A DNA stretch of 64,000 nucleotides from a virus. The translations under genes were made by a program, and so were the position numbers. Position 1 is the stretch's first letter; the number at the start of each line of letters is the position of its first letter. The stretch lies in IMG/VR virus record IMGVR_UViG_3300000095_000001, one strand, 5' to 3'. This document shows, one piece after another, positions 39,901 through 47,536 of this stretch. Under the pieces are notes generated by a model. That model did no database searches. It was not told where the DNA came from and worked only from the letters and a program-made list of their open reading frames with translations.

Positions 39901-40319
39901 AATAAAGGACTAGCATCGTATCCACTAGCAACCATAAGGTTAAGACCGCGGTTAGTAGTTTCTAATGCATTTTTAACTTCAAAAATTCCTCCGAGAACGG
40001 TATCGAAATATACTTTAGCCTGAGTAATGTTTGTATAAGCAGTAAAAGCAGCAAAAGTTAACCCAACAGTTTTAGTTAGCTCTTTAGTAGTTTTACTTAA
40101 TGTAAGAGAGGTTTTGTTTAAGTTCTCATATTCTACTAAAAGCTTTCCTACTACTTTTTGATTAGCAGTTATTTCAGTAGAAGAACCTTTAAAACCTTGA
40201 TTGAAGAGTTTGATAGTTTTCTCACCCATCTCTTTCATAGACTTTTGAGTCTTTTCTAGAAACTGGGTAAACTTATCGTCACCTTCTACATTAAATTTAA
40301 TATTGCTTGCAGTGTCCAT
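30963..40319 (-). CDS. Tape measure protein (3118 aa)
   Basis: TP901-type core (FEQKLNEVNIV...A.YQAASAG), hydrophobic segments, very long coiled coil, follows the chaperone gene. Confidence 0.92.
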   Translation of the reverse strand: MDTASNIKFNVEGDDKFTQFLEKTQKSMKEMGEKTIKLFNQGFKGSSTEITANQKVVGKLLVEYENLNKTSLTLSKTTKELTKTVGLTFAAFTAYTNITQAKVYFDTVLGGIFEVKNALETTNRGLNLMVASGYDASPLLNTFNEIGAVITGNTEAIEHFATKSTLAYNQFEQKLNEVNIVFGLSQERLSEYGDALQNGLEKNLKNSVGSLTALNAAYQAASAGFTEFQQNQEVVQLAIKANKAAPGSDLFQIGGAIGKGAGVLETKDIAELETVTAKWLATEQQGLTTVGDMTEYISDMYSSLKNAGIGTKDLVNETQGLVVAFTKLGGKVTDISTEMQAFARNTIGKTPEAMKALEGLVDAQGKAITLNQEYFGRKGVVQGIVDFAEAVGYNTEKIKEVYNETNAFNFAMKVLAQNGNLAKKSIQDISAVTSENLTEAFDSATKSSQAKMEQITNSYDEIMIAFGKAFQKRSEEGVASVETYKELLVTFKEPLIQIAEKSVAFFDTLNKITGVLGAISKTFLSIVGTMLSFRAFGLVLGGLTNGFKDLRKEAGVIRDLYTSNQGLVAIGKQVLGIDQQRLLSQDRINKAIANSTTLEKELVNSIGKTNTERATSISAVQKEIDAIVARDTSIIKGQEKVKKAEEALNKKKTISTDLQAQVIETEKKVSSAKTVKSNIDSKLEDKTLTDKERSRLTNASNNLSTKISQEELVLLSQRQKLQEANNVVTKEAEKLEAAKINQTEKLNRVTKATTDLAILQQDLNTKKATADRVDIAFKSQQERLYQVQNNLRKEQASLDKIRNKDSAEYQQQLKKVVALQTEEANQRSTVDKARITQQSALQAANKAEIETKSKLRQLTREQGLAEGSLIEMRTRSGAIALKNNAFNRALVATNVDLTRSFKAVSSGTVTLGSVQDSLRNKIIDLKTNIGQIGATASRSFTGMATSAQASFAAIGTSAALMGETLKAAFISTGIGLLIGAVIGLGVKLFQVGQEAAKLDKTYKDFNVTLEESATKFDRANISFDNSVQGLNKFSDRLEASKKLMSEVDSTVFDDIGNSIKGAVGGLVGFVKTATGLSALDPLFANIGERISAIWTSFSDAEFIKRSAKMTQISDFIQTYELALRGQNKELEKGNLLTETSNQKIKARMILTGEDLEREKAANTTRIESFLSMTEIQKKELEELKGKGDKLNDRDKQQIALLESEISRREKVIEVSKKQFEDQLKYYEARNLLLDRENKFSNSQVSLEEIKSLQNQVNSSQTALNTNISEGLDIYSDSIKDSSVKSKQFLSDLKDGSLSVKATLKGLGGEIYKVDQDGKAISKLPDTVLKSIETVLKGKEIDGKKYTLEQVLGLKETRDALTEAGVEIPKDLSVLANKMRKSYEESEGQIKLINLKDLEKDLADFSVLSDKYQEKKRAFLSTTKDDVGATQFSTSLKKSLRLAETDLQSFLNALDSSSKGLNTYVTSSTEKFTKEALNGTLDLTEGLKELGQVESEIKTEQLEKLKTAITGKNKDQILAALKEIGVETEKTLTADSIDFNKFEENLGMYVESLNAVAESGEATSEEIAKKFENVYNQMKGRVTPAAYKDLTETLIGYEKAASEQRLSYIGMETSALEQQKKYGFLLETDYIEQINKLNIQTTEENIKSKKVELARLLTLYKESAPQVVKAKAELESLELNLSSQKSNNPVEIAKAQSKERFDNLKKELELGNITRRQYIDEELKDSKTLYQTQLAEKQKTLAELMKDEVKNAKAIKALRKSMESDEKDFNFNLLEINRRRIEEQFKLQTNALGKRELKAREDALNGTTKEELESVRKLETDKIALNIKTLESRLAVEKKGSEKFLEIEKQLLEAQISLRETQVKQSKDRSNEEIERKKTELSTIAALEERNNIRGSTNKSLEATRQLREKEVQLNIDSINSQIALTEKGSKERLALEQQLILEVNKLQKTQFDNQKERLEQSLEDRRKKLEAKQIDLEKNSIRGTTDEDIEANRKLKEEEITSTIETLKQRSTLYREGSKERIALEQEIAKETLKLDKQVYENQKSRLQTQIDNKKKAFKDSQLQLEKLMVLGTSTEDSKKVRASKEEEIQITIEGIKKEINLTKAGSTQRKDLERALREELLKLDKQRVANKRDLIEEEISLEKTKITKIQSLLERSTINGTFEKDLDKLKEIKVKETQIVIQSIQKQLATYKLGSKERLQLEAQLTQEITKLQKIQFGNKREKLESQLEDAKNKLDKQVALKEAALIDGVTEQELKIVEETKIKETKLTIDSIKKQMALYKAGSKERLALEANLQKEINNLRKQTLDKEKNLIQTNLEFKKTKIDINNIELEKKLLRGDIDRESFEDKLTASSQKVNLLQQEAFTKQLKFYQKGSREYLAILKDLSQLQIDYQKSVVDKAIRDIDRLTKSQNDSIEAQKQSITRQLNSSDSLAKELQEQIKLEDSRSSVIKATSDYQIGLLELTNRSTGDVEKRAKIDVQIAEMKQKSLLESQQLEINSIKNNALINEAALERERIQISLNRLELDRSKLQTEAELKKAKLNKLDQASIDALQLQLDSISDQYGVLGRSEGLISTQIANQAEISRNQIEVVKQQQDLAQKNSALDVEQAKQGLIIAGYEKQLSQLKMKGVLIEASANKEKVIGDLLTKAYDTQISLLNSRKELMDSTLSSIDTLYGIEQSMAKSDLTKDKLAREQAQDRLNNLELQQRMENESFNLEKAKNKIVRERQKVELTIAEINAKQALAMSKAEEARTNARKDATDEEKLAARLAVESAEQGILAAKANKELAIEVSKIEDQSEKNKELINARNQRNQRLQAEQSLASLTSNTADDSQVRGKAQRYRELDERSIGSNNLTSATKDNVANILKEFTESMRLRKPIDMKDISNTTQETTLTPKNNISSTNVPGIGGLGKGRTSSGTNESSNGTKKDSKDNMFTSINNLSKSIDKAEKSITKKLGLDTQSLIKTYNTNSKSINKLIDVSVKNIGKSITSATNTITGTTLKGKKVINPPKPKKGEIVPDSLRTIREAITNFKLSVDKSNIAKKKEADTRFKEEQKDNDKLQKSIEQLIEKIEEHIEKGGNVNITSPITVNGGDKNAGVDINKHLYSLVTKVQQRKK
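33180..34830 (-). repeat. About seven tandem 89-aa repeats inside the tape measure
   Basis: GS[KET].[RFY]L.[LI]E anchor recurs; first interval counted as exactly 89 aa. Confidence 0.75.
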
Positions 40320-40330
40320 TATTTCTTATA

Positions 40331-41121
40331 CTATCCCGGAGTAATTTCAAAGTTTAGAAGATTGCTAGCTAAGACTACTTGTTCGCCAATAGCAATGCCT
40401 CCTTGAAGCCCTTTCTCTTCTTTGAGTTCGTTATATTTCTGAACTGCTAATTCCTTATCTCTTTCTTCTTGAGGTCGATGGTGTTCGAGAGTTTGACCAA
40501 TAAGCAAGTTAATAGATTCTTTATCATATTTCTCCCAAATATCTTGTATTGGGTTAATTGGATATTCTCTATAAACTTCTAGTAGCAGAGCTAATTCATC
40601 TATTGAAGCATCTCCACTACTAGGAATTGGAGCGCTTAACTTTTCTTCTCTACTTCCTGAAGTTGTTTTTCCATCATCTTTTTTCTTGATTCCTGCCAGT
40701 AGAAATCAAAGTTTAACTGATGTAGTTCAGAGATAAGAGATGATTTCCAAAGAACTCTTTTACCTTCTTCTGTTTCAGTTTCTTCAAAAGTTCCGTCATC
40801 TTTCATGCTTTGAGTCATAAAGATTTGACAAATCTGTTCCAAGTCATCAGATATTTCTTCTAAATCAAATCCACGTTCTTTCTTACCTAAAATATGGAGA
40901 TTACTGGCAAGAGTCTTTAAAGTATTCCAAGTATCGTTATCTCGAATAAGTTCACCTGCACTAGCGCTAGATTCAATAAATTTATAAAGAATTTCTTTTT
41001 GCAGCTCTACTATTGTGTCTAACTCATTTCTAGGAGAACGCTGTACAATATAAGTCTTATCTGCTAGGTATTCGTTCTTTTCCGAATTGTATTTCTTAAT
41101 CTGAATTTTAAAGTTCTTCAT
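40331..41121 (-). CDS. Tail assembly chaperone G (40636..41121) and -1 frameshift product GT (263 aa)
   Basis: In-frame A AAA AAG at 40678-40684; the -1 frame stays open for 116 codons to TAG at 40331-33, 11 nt before the tape measure ATG. Confidence 0.85.
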
Positions 41122-41133
41122 TGAGGTCTAAGT

Positions 41134-41550
41134 ATGTTGTTGATTAATTCTTCGTCTACTAATATAGCATTATTATTTCTCTATGCTATAAGTTTGAGAT
41201 TTATATTGTTTTTCTATTGGAAACCGTGTTGGGAAGTTTTAGAAAAAAGAGTAGAGGAGATTACTATTGCTTCTTCTAAAGAATCTAAAAAACGTTGGAG
41301 TGGTTTAATAGTAGTAACTTTAAATAATTCACAAAGCCCGTTCTGGAAAGGTACCTATGGAGTGATTCACAAAGTAAATATATGTTCTTTCTGTCAAGGA
41401 TGTTGGGCAGGATATTTAATTTATCTATCATTAGTAGTTGATTTTAGTAATTTAACTGTAAATATTCAGCAAATAATAGAGTTTGCTTTTTTTAGTTGGA
41501 GTTGTGGAATAGTTTCTCGACTTACTACTCCAAAAATAGATAGTTTATAG
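41134..41550 (+). CDS. Membrane protein, DUF1360-like
   Basis: Hydrophobic helices flanking CSFCQGCWAG. Confidence 0.5.
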   Translation: MLLINSSSTNIALLFLYAISLRFILFFYWKPCWEVLEKRVEEITIASSKESKKRWSGLIVVTLNNSQSPFWKGTYGVIHKVNICSFCQGCWAGYLIYLSLVVDFSNLTVNIQQIIEFAFFSWSCGIVSRLTTPKIDSL

Positions 41551-41562
41551 GAGATTAATCAG

Positions 41563-41745
41563 GTGCATCCAGAAAATCCAGATGGTTTATTAAGTTCAGA
41601 AGATAAAGAAAATATTAAAAGAGTTCAAGAACAGATATTAGAGGATAGGAAGAATGGAACTAATAAAGTTGGAGAAAATATTACTTCTGATGCTAAACAA
41701 CTTAAAGATAAATTAAATCAAAAAAGAAAAGAATTAGGACAATAA
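41563..41745 (+). CDS. Small charged hypothetical protein
   Basis: GTG start after AGGAG. Confidence 0.5.
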   Translation: MHPENPDGLLSSEDKENIKRVQEQILEDRKNGTNKVGENITSDAKQLKDKLNQKRKELGQ

Positions 41746-41749
41746 ACAT

Positions 41750-41795
41750 AAAAATAGAGGTCTACTTATATTTAGTTTGACCTCTAACATTTTTT
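41750..41795. terminator. Probable bidirectional terminator between convergent genes
   Basis: TAGAGGTC / GACCTCTA stem flanked by A run and T run. Confidence 0.6.
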
Positions 41796-41809
41796 AACTA
41801 CTTAGCTCT

Positions 41810-42571
41810 TTAACAAGAAACTTTATCACCTGTTTTCATTAGAGTAAATGCTTGACATCCACCACTAGGATAAATTTTAAGTGTCAAATCAAATCCTTCC
41901 GCAGAAAAGTCAATTGACCCACCAGCAGCAGAAGGTTTAGCATTAGGTGCATAAAAAAGCCAGACGTATCCTTCCGTATCTACTGCACTTGCTACAATTC
42001 GATGTTGACCTATTAACTGTGAACCTATTCCAATTCCAGTAACAGAGTAAGGGATAAGCATCGAAACTGTCTCTTTAGCAGCTACCAAGGCAGCACTAAA
42101 AGTAATAGCTCCACCTGCACTAATAGTAAAATCTACTCCTTCTTGTAAATCCTGAGACATTCCGTTAGCTTTCTTAATAGAAGCTTTTGCATCTGCTCCA
42201 GCAATAATAGTGTGACCTAGATTGGGAGCTTGAGAAGCGGGAAATGTACCTCCCTCAGATAAATCGAAAGTTACGGGGATAAATAATTCTTCTGTTTTAT
42301 TTTCAAAATAATTACCGATTCGGAACTGGAGTAACTCTGGTTGAACGTGTTGATACGAAATAGTTACAGTAGGGCTTTCTCCACGAATATAGGAAGAAGT
42401 TTCTGTAGTTCTACCTAATCTGTTCTTACCCATAATTACTCTTTCATCCTTAGCCAAATCAATAACCATGTTTGCTGGATTTGGTAAGTGATATATTAAT
42501 CCATCAGATACTCGCTGTATCTTAACTTCAGTAACCCCAATAATAGTGGCTTCTTTCTTTGTTTGTGTCAT
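41810..42571 (-). CDS. Major tail (tube) protein
   Basis: 253 aa, beta-rich, upstream of chaperone and tape measure; no sheath gene seen. Confidence 0.7.
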   Translation of the reverse strand: MTQTKKEATIIGVTEVKIQRVSDGLIYHLPNPANMVIDLAKDERVIMGKNRLGRTTETSSYIRGESPTVTISYQHVQPELLQFRIGNYFENKTEELFIPVTFDLSEGGTFPASQAPNLGHTIIAGADAKASIKKANGMSQDLQEGVDFTISAGGAITFSAALVAAKETVSMLIPYSVTGIGIGSQLIGQHRIVASAVDTEGYVWLFYAPNAKPSAAGGSIDFSAEGFDLTLKIYPSGGCQAFTLMKTGDKVSC

Positions 42572-42597
42572 ATATTTTATTTAGTTATTGTTTGTTA

Positions 42598-42957
42598 TTA
42601 GCTATTTTTTCTAGCATCACCAACAGCAGTTAGAAAAGTATCTAAGTCCATAGTGATTCCTCGAATAATTTCACCTGTAATACTAGCTTGAGCATCAGTA
42701 GGAGCATCTGGAGCAGTACCCGCAAAAGTTAATTCTTGTAAATCTAGTCGAACTGTTGTTCCTGCAATTACCGGAATGATTTTGACTCGTTTCAATACTT
42801 TAGTAGCTGTACTTGCATCGTCTTTAGTAACAGTATATTTAAGGTCAACTGTATAAACATTATTAGTTGTATCTTCTACTAGAGTTGCTGTAACCGGGAC
42901 AGTTTCATCTAGTGTAGTTACTAATTTAGGTCTTGGAAAAGTTAGATTTATTGCCAT
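42598..42957 (-). CDS. Structural hypothetical protein
   Basis: T/V/A rich, between terminator-like and tube genes. Confidence 0.55.
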   Translation of the reverse strand: MAINLTFPRPKLVTTLDETVPVTATLVEDTTNNVYTVDLKYTVTKDDASTATKVLKRVKIIPVIAGTTVRLDLQELTFAGTAPDAPTDAQASITGEIIRGITMDLDTFLTAVGDARKNS

Positions 42958-42961
42958 ATTT

Positions 42962-43504
42962 TTAGTCCGTAATTGTGATATCTGCTCTTAAAAAGGAGTA
43001 GATGTTTTGCCCTACTTCATTAATCATTGTTCTATATTGAACTCTTATTCCCGGTTCTACTTTTACTTGACAACTTGGAGTTAGTAGCAACTTATTAATT
43101 TGATAGCTAACCCAATTAAGAAAAGGCATTAGTTTATCTTGTTGAGGGACTACTAAAGAATAAGAGATAGATATATTAGAAGTTCTAGTTAATTTACCAG
43201 GTTTCCAAACATCATTTACTCGATAAACTTTTAGTAGTGGAAATGCTGTAGTAGAAGGATCATAAGCGTCATAAGTTCTATAAGTTCTTACTGCCACATC
43301 TCCTAACGGACTCCTCAAGCCAGGATTAGCTTCTATAAAAGTTTTAAATTCCTTATTAAGGTACTCAAATAAATACTCAGCTAAATAACTAATAGCTTCA
43401 TCTTTATCAGGAGTTATCTCTAAGTTAGCTGAAAACTTTTGAGTAGAACCTAGATTAATTTTGTTTTGTAAGTTCTCTAACGCTCTAGGATTTAATTGGT
43501 ACAT
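42962..43504 (-). CDS. Tail terminator / completion-like protein
   Basis: Position after virion morphogenesis gene; AFPLLKVYR motif. Confidence 0.5.
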   Translation of the reverse strand: MYQLNPRALENLQNKINLGSTQKFSANLEITPDKDEAISYLAEYLFEYLNKEFKTFIEANPGLRSPLGDVAVRTYRTYDAYDPSTTAFPLLKVYRVNDVWKPGKLTRTSNISISYSLVVPQQDKLMPFLNWVSYQINKLLLTPSCQVKVEPGIRVQYRTMINEVGQNIYSFLRADITITD

Positions 43505-44088
43505 TATTCTTTTAACTCCTTCACATCTGATTTAGTTCTTATTCTCGTTTCTCCTGTTAACACAAACTCATTAATTACATCTACTATTTCTTTCTCTAGT
43601 GCTTCGTGAATAAATAAGAAAGGTCTAGGAGCTAGTTTACCTTTACTCCTAAACATTTCACTTACTCTTTCATCTTGTAATAAACTAAATGGGATAGTAG
43701 TTCCTATTTCAGGAGGTTGATGGTCTTTAGCATAACTAACTTTAGTTCCGAACTGAAAACCTTCACGAGTAATAGAGAAAACAGAGTTATCATTACCCAT
43801 CATTAATGAGTTAAGTAACTTACCAGTATCTTTTAGTAGAGGTTTACCCATTCTTTCTGGATGAGTAGCTAACCAATTAGGAGTCATTTTCGACCAGTAG
43901 ACATTGCCATGAGCTAATCCACCTCTATTAGTTAAAGGAGCAGTAGCAAATCTCAACTTAACATCTTCTACTAATATCTCTTTGATACCTGCTTCTAGTT
44001 GAGTAATATCTTTCTTCCTTTTCAAAGCATTCTCAAACTTTCTGCTAAGTCCTTCTAATCCACTAAAGTCTGCTGATAAAGTTACCAT
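43504..44088 (-). CDS. Virion morphogenesis protein (Mu gpG / P2 gpS-like)
   Basis: W..M, LKDTGKLLNS, FGTKVSYA..HQ, PRPFL. Confidence 0.8.
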   Translation of the reverse strand: MVTLSADFSGLEGLSRKFENALKRKKDITQLEAGIKEILVEDVKLRFATAPLTNRGGLAHGNVYWSKMTPNWLATHPERMGKPLLKDTGKLLNSLMMGNDNSVFSITREGFQFGTKVSYAKDHQPPEIGTTIPFSLLQDERVSEMFRSKGKLAPRPFLFIHEALEKEIVDVINEFVLTGETRIRTKSDVKELKE

Positions 44089-44089
44089 A

Positions 44090-44995
44090 TTAACCCCACT
44101 TGTTATCCACTAAAGTAGTCATTAAATTAAAACTTCCAGCTTCAACAGGAGGATACCTACCGTCTAAACTATCTATTACCCTCACCTCATAATAGAGTTT
44201 AGTAGGTCGTTGATTACTAATTAAGTAAAAGTCAGATTCTTTTAATTGAATTTGAGCTTTATATTCTTTTACAAACGAGCTAGGTAGAGATTTAACCTGG
44301 ATAAATTTAATACCTCCTTTGTTAGTAGACGAGTATATAACTGCTGTATTATCAGGGTCAGAAATATTTCTTTTAACTATAAACTCAATAGCTGTACCTT
44401 CTTGGGTTATTCTGTCCCCATAAACAAGAATATTAATGGCATGAACAGAGTTGCGAGTTAAGTTATAGCCGTTAAGAGATACATCTACTCCTTTGATAAT
44501 TACATAAGTCTGTCCAGTAGGAGCTTCAGTTAAGATATCTCGTTCTACTTTACTAATCCTAAGATTAGATTTATCCGTTTCTAAATTAGTAGTAATAGCT
44601 CTAATAGCTTTAGGAACAATAGTAATAGAACTTGAGTCTACTGAAAATTCTGCTTTAGCTGCTCTCCAAGCTCCTAAGATAATATTTGTTTTAGCTGGTT
44701 TAGCGTATATATTGGTAGATATTGCTACTTTTTTCTTAGCATTCATATCTATTTTAGACTTGTCAGTAAAAAGATTTGCTACATGAGCTACATATTTACG
44801 CATTACAGCAGTAATACTACTTCTATCAGTCTGGATATTTGCGGTCAAAGCTCGGGTATAATTAACTTTACTTATTTCTAACTTACTACTATCAGTTTTA
44901 ATATTTGCTTCTAATGACCTAGTATAATTAACCCTATCTATAGTCGCAGAAGACTTATCTGTATAGATATTAGCTTGTAATGCATATCGAGCCAT
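44090..44995 (-). CDS. Protein with N-terminal 21-23 aa repeats and a BppU-N-like C-terminal domain
   Basis: [AT]N[IL].TD.S..I repeated about seven times; C-terminal IEFIVKR...YYEVRV...G.F. Confidence 0.55.
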   Translation of the reverse strand: MARYALQANIYTDKSSATIDRVNYTRSLEANIKTDSSKLEISKVNYTRALTANIQTDRSSITAVMRKYVAHVANLFTDKSKIDMNAKKKVAISTNIYAKPAKTNIILGAWRAAKAEFSVDSSSITIVPKAIRAITTNLETDKSNLRISKVERDILTEAPTGQTYVIIKGVDVSLNGYNLTRNSVHAINILVYGDRITQEGTAIEFIVKRNISDPDNTAVIYSSTNKGGIKFIQVKSLPSSFVKEYKAQIQLKESDFYLISNQRPTKLYYEVRVIDSLDGRYPPVEAGSFNLMTTLVDNKWG

Positions 44996-44999
44996 CTTT

Positions 45000-45830
45000 T
45001 TACTCCGTTACTGTAATAGCACCAACAGGAACACGTAGCTTATCCATAGCATTAATCACTTTAGTTTCATTTTCTGCAAAAGTACCTGCATAAAGCAATG
45101 TAGTAGTACCAGTAGAAGCTAAATACAAAGCAAAAGATTTAATAGCTTCCCAATCTGAGTATCCTGCTGCTGGAAATAATATCTCCTTAAGATTTTTAAC
45201 AGTCCTACCAGTTTGTTGCCAGTTGTCTGTATTGCAAGGAATAGCTACTCGGGCATAGTTATGAGACATAGAAGAGACTAATTCACCAATATCACCTTCC
45301 GTAGTGGGAGCCTTTGTACCTAGAGCTAAAAATACTTCTGAAGGAGTTTCTAGTGTTTCGTTTCTAAATAACTTTAGTTGCGAGTTAGCTAAATAAGTGC
45401 TTTTACAGAAAGTAGCTTGTTTCTCGTGAATTGTAATCTTTCCGGGAGGGAAATAATACCCGTCTTCTACTCCAACACTTCTACCTAAATCAATATGACC
45501 GAAGTAGATAGGAACTGTATCGTTGGAATCATCAAAGATACCTACAGCAACAATTGTTGGGTATTGAGTAAGTGCTAAAGGTAAATTAATCTCTTGTTGA
45601 TTGGAAGTAGACCTATTAGTTGGTTCAGTCCAATAACTAACACCTGTAGAATAAGAAATTTTTGTATAACCAGTAGATGCTGCAGGTTCAGTAAAGTTAC
45701 CTCCATCAATAGTAGGAAGAGTAGTAGATAGACCTATAAATACATTACTGTTGAGAGGAGCTTTTACTAATTCACCTTTAAAGAAATTTAGTAGATTAGC
45801 TGCTTGAAGTGGACTTTTATTATCTGCCAT
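45000..45830 (-). CDS. Minor tail protein with duplicated domain
   Basis: Two copies of N.....F....VF[IL][GA]L.T..PT..G...E......Y.[KR].....N..EI.[LF]P.A....W..I...[GA].[FY]. Confidence 0.7.
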   Translation of the reverse strand: MADNKSPLQAANLLNFFKGELVKAPLNSNVFIGLSTTLPTIDGGNFTEPAASTGYTKISYSTGVSYWTEPTNRSTSNQQEINLPLALTQYPTIVAVGIFDDSNDTVPIYFGHIDLGRSVGVEDGYYFPPGKITIHEKQATFCKSTYLANSQLKLFRNETLETPSEVFLALGTKAPTTEGDIGELVSSMSHNYARVAIPCNTDNWQQTGRTVKNLKEILFPAAGYSDWEAIKSFALYLASTGTTTLLYAGTFAENETKVINAMDKLRVPVGAITVTE

Positions 45831-45958
45831 GATGATTGTTCTATTTTTCGACTTTACTTTTATACTAATTGAGTTGTGGAACTTATAAAGAAATTATTCA
45901 GTTTGGGAATGATGAGGAGAATTAGTAAGGGGGGGGTGTTTATTAGTTCCTCTTTTAT

Positions 45959-46468
45959 TTATATTCCTGTTCTCCATCTGTTATACAACTTCTCCCAACC
46001 AGCAGACATTAACTGTTTAAAGTAAATAGGTTCCCCAGTTAAAATAAACTCTAGCTCATCTTGCCAGATAGGATAGTAAGTGAAACTATCATTACTTATA
46101 TAGTTATTATCTATATCTACGAATGAGCTAGAGTATTGAAAGTGAAATAAACCCTCATGATGTTCTTCATATCTATTAATCCAGATAGTATGTGGAACAA
46201 GTAAAGTATGTTCTTTAATAACCTTAGAAGCTAAACTATATATCTCAGTTGTAATTGACCCAGCTACATGGTCATCAAAATCGCTACATATAACCAGCTC
46301 GTACTCTTGAGGATTAAGATACCTACGCTGAACCTTAATAGCCTTACTTGTTTCATCAAAATCATATAGTGGCGAATATATCTGTAATCTACAGTTATTG
46401 TTCTGAGTACCTGTACTTGTATCTGATTGCCAGTTAAGTATCTTATCTACTTTAAGCGCGTTCCTCAT
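45959..46468 (-). CDS. Hypothetical protein
   Basis: 169-aa ORF in operon. Confidence 0.55.
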   Translation of the reverse strand: MRNALKVDKILNWQSDTSTGTQNNNCRLQIYSPLYDFDETSKAIKVQRRYLNPQEYELVICSDFDDHVAGSITTEIYSLASKVIKEHTLLVPHTIWINRYEEHHEGLFHFQYSSSFVDIDNNYISNDSFTYYPIWQDELEFILTGEPIYFKQLMSAGWEKLYNRWRTGI

Positions 46469-46833
46469 TAGTTGTTATCCTCTAATATTGTTTTACCATA
46501 TACTGACTTAGGTTTGTCTTTAGTAATATTAGTCCACATTGTTAATAGTTTATCTTCTAGACAAAGTTGATAGATATTAGTACCTTGTCTTAAGTTGCAT
46601 GATTTGCATGAGTAAAGAAGGTTAAGTTCATTAGTTACTAAAGTAATAGAATTGTGTACCTTAAGTAGTTTAATAGGAATGATGTGAAATAGATGTCCTT
46701 CTCCTAATGATAAAGGTAATCTGCATATTGGGCATAAATAGAGTGACTTTCTAATAAGACTTCTACTAATCTCCCAAGCTTCTCTATTTCTTTTCCAGCT
46801 ATTAAATTTAGAACGGAATTTACATTTAGACAT
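46468..46833 (-). CDS. HNH-like Zn-binding endonuclease
   Basis: CPIC...H..HIIP...N..NL...CKSCN..G. Confidence 0.7.
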   Translation of the reverse strand: MSKCKFRSKFNSWKRNREAWEISRSLIRKSLYLCPICRLPLSLGEGHLFHIIPIKLLKVHNSITLVTNELNLLYSCKSCNLRQGTNIYQLCLEDKLLTMWTNITKDKPKSVYGKTILEDNN

Positions 46834-47201
46834 TATTTCTTAATTCTCTTTTTACCTTTATCTGACCTACCATCTCTATCTCTAGTTTGTAGATAGTAAC
46901 TAAGTCCCCCACTTAATCCTGCTCCGATTCCAGCTCCTATAATTTTAGCTTTGTACCCTTTACCTTGAAGTTTTACTCCTGACTTATGTTGTTTGTAGTC
47001 TCTAGATAATCCAGTAGCTCCATAACCTACATAACTACCAGCAGCTCCCATTAGACCTATATGATTTAGGCTAATCTTTTTATTACCTACATTAGTTAGA
47101 TATTTCTTATCATTTTCTTTAATAATTTCTTTATCTCTTTTACTTAAAAGTAGATTAGATTTAAAATTTGCATAGTTACCGGGAAAATAAAAATTAATCA
47201 T
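46833..47201 (-). CDS. Basic glycine-zipper protein (putative internal head protein)
   Basis: MINFYFPGNYANF leader, two G/A-rich helices, DGRSDKGKKR tail. Confidence 0.65.
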   Translation of the reverse strand: MINFYFPGNYANFKSNLLLSKRDKEIIKENDKKYLTNVGNKKISLNHIGLMGAAGSYVGYGATGLSRDYKQHKSGVKLQGKGYKAKIIGAGIGAGLSGGLSYYLQTRDRDGRSDKGKKRIKK

Positions 47202-47202
47202 A

Positions 47203-47527
47203 CTATTTACGCTTCTTACCTTTATCTGAACGACCGTCTTTATCTTTTTTTACCAAATAGGCCTCTCTTACTATTAAGATAAGCAGCTCCACCTCCAATA
47301 GTAGCTCCTAATCCTAATGCACCTAACTGCTTAAATCCACCTGCCTTTCTAGTTAGTAGATGTCCTACTCCACCACCAATACCCGAAGATATAGCTATAT
47401 TTCTAACTTTGTCTTCATAAGTAGGTTTTTTAAATCGTTTAGTACCTAACTTCTTATCAGGAAATTTAACAGAAACATATTCATCTTTAGCAAAGTTTAT
47501 TTGACCTGGAAAATAGAAATTAATCAT
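47203..47527 (-). CDS. Paralogue of 46833..47201; frame broken at an A7 run (47245-51)
   Basis: MINFYFPGQINF leader; the +1 frame after the A run gives DKDGRSDKGKKRK* ending 1 nt before the next ATG. Confidence 0.6.
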
Positions 47528-47536
47528 AGTTTTAAA

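Noticed and set aside
41810-43504. Contractile tail (myovirus)
   Set aside because: No sheath-sized gene near the tube and no baseplate J/wedge motifs recognised
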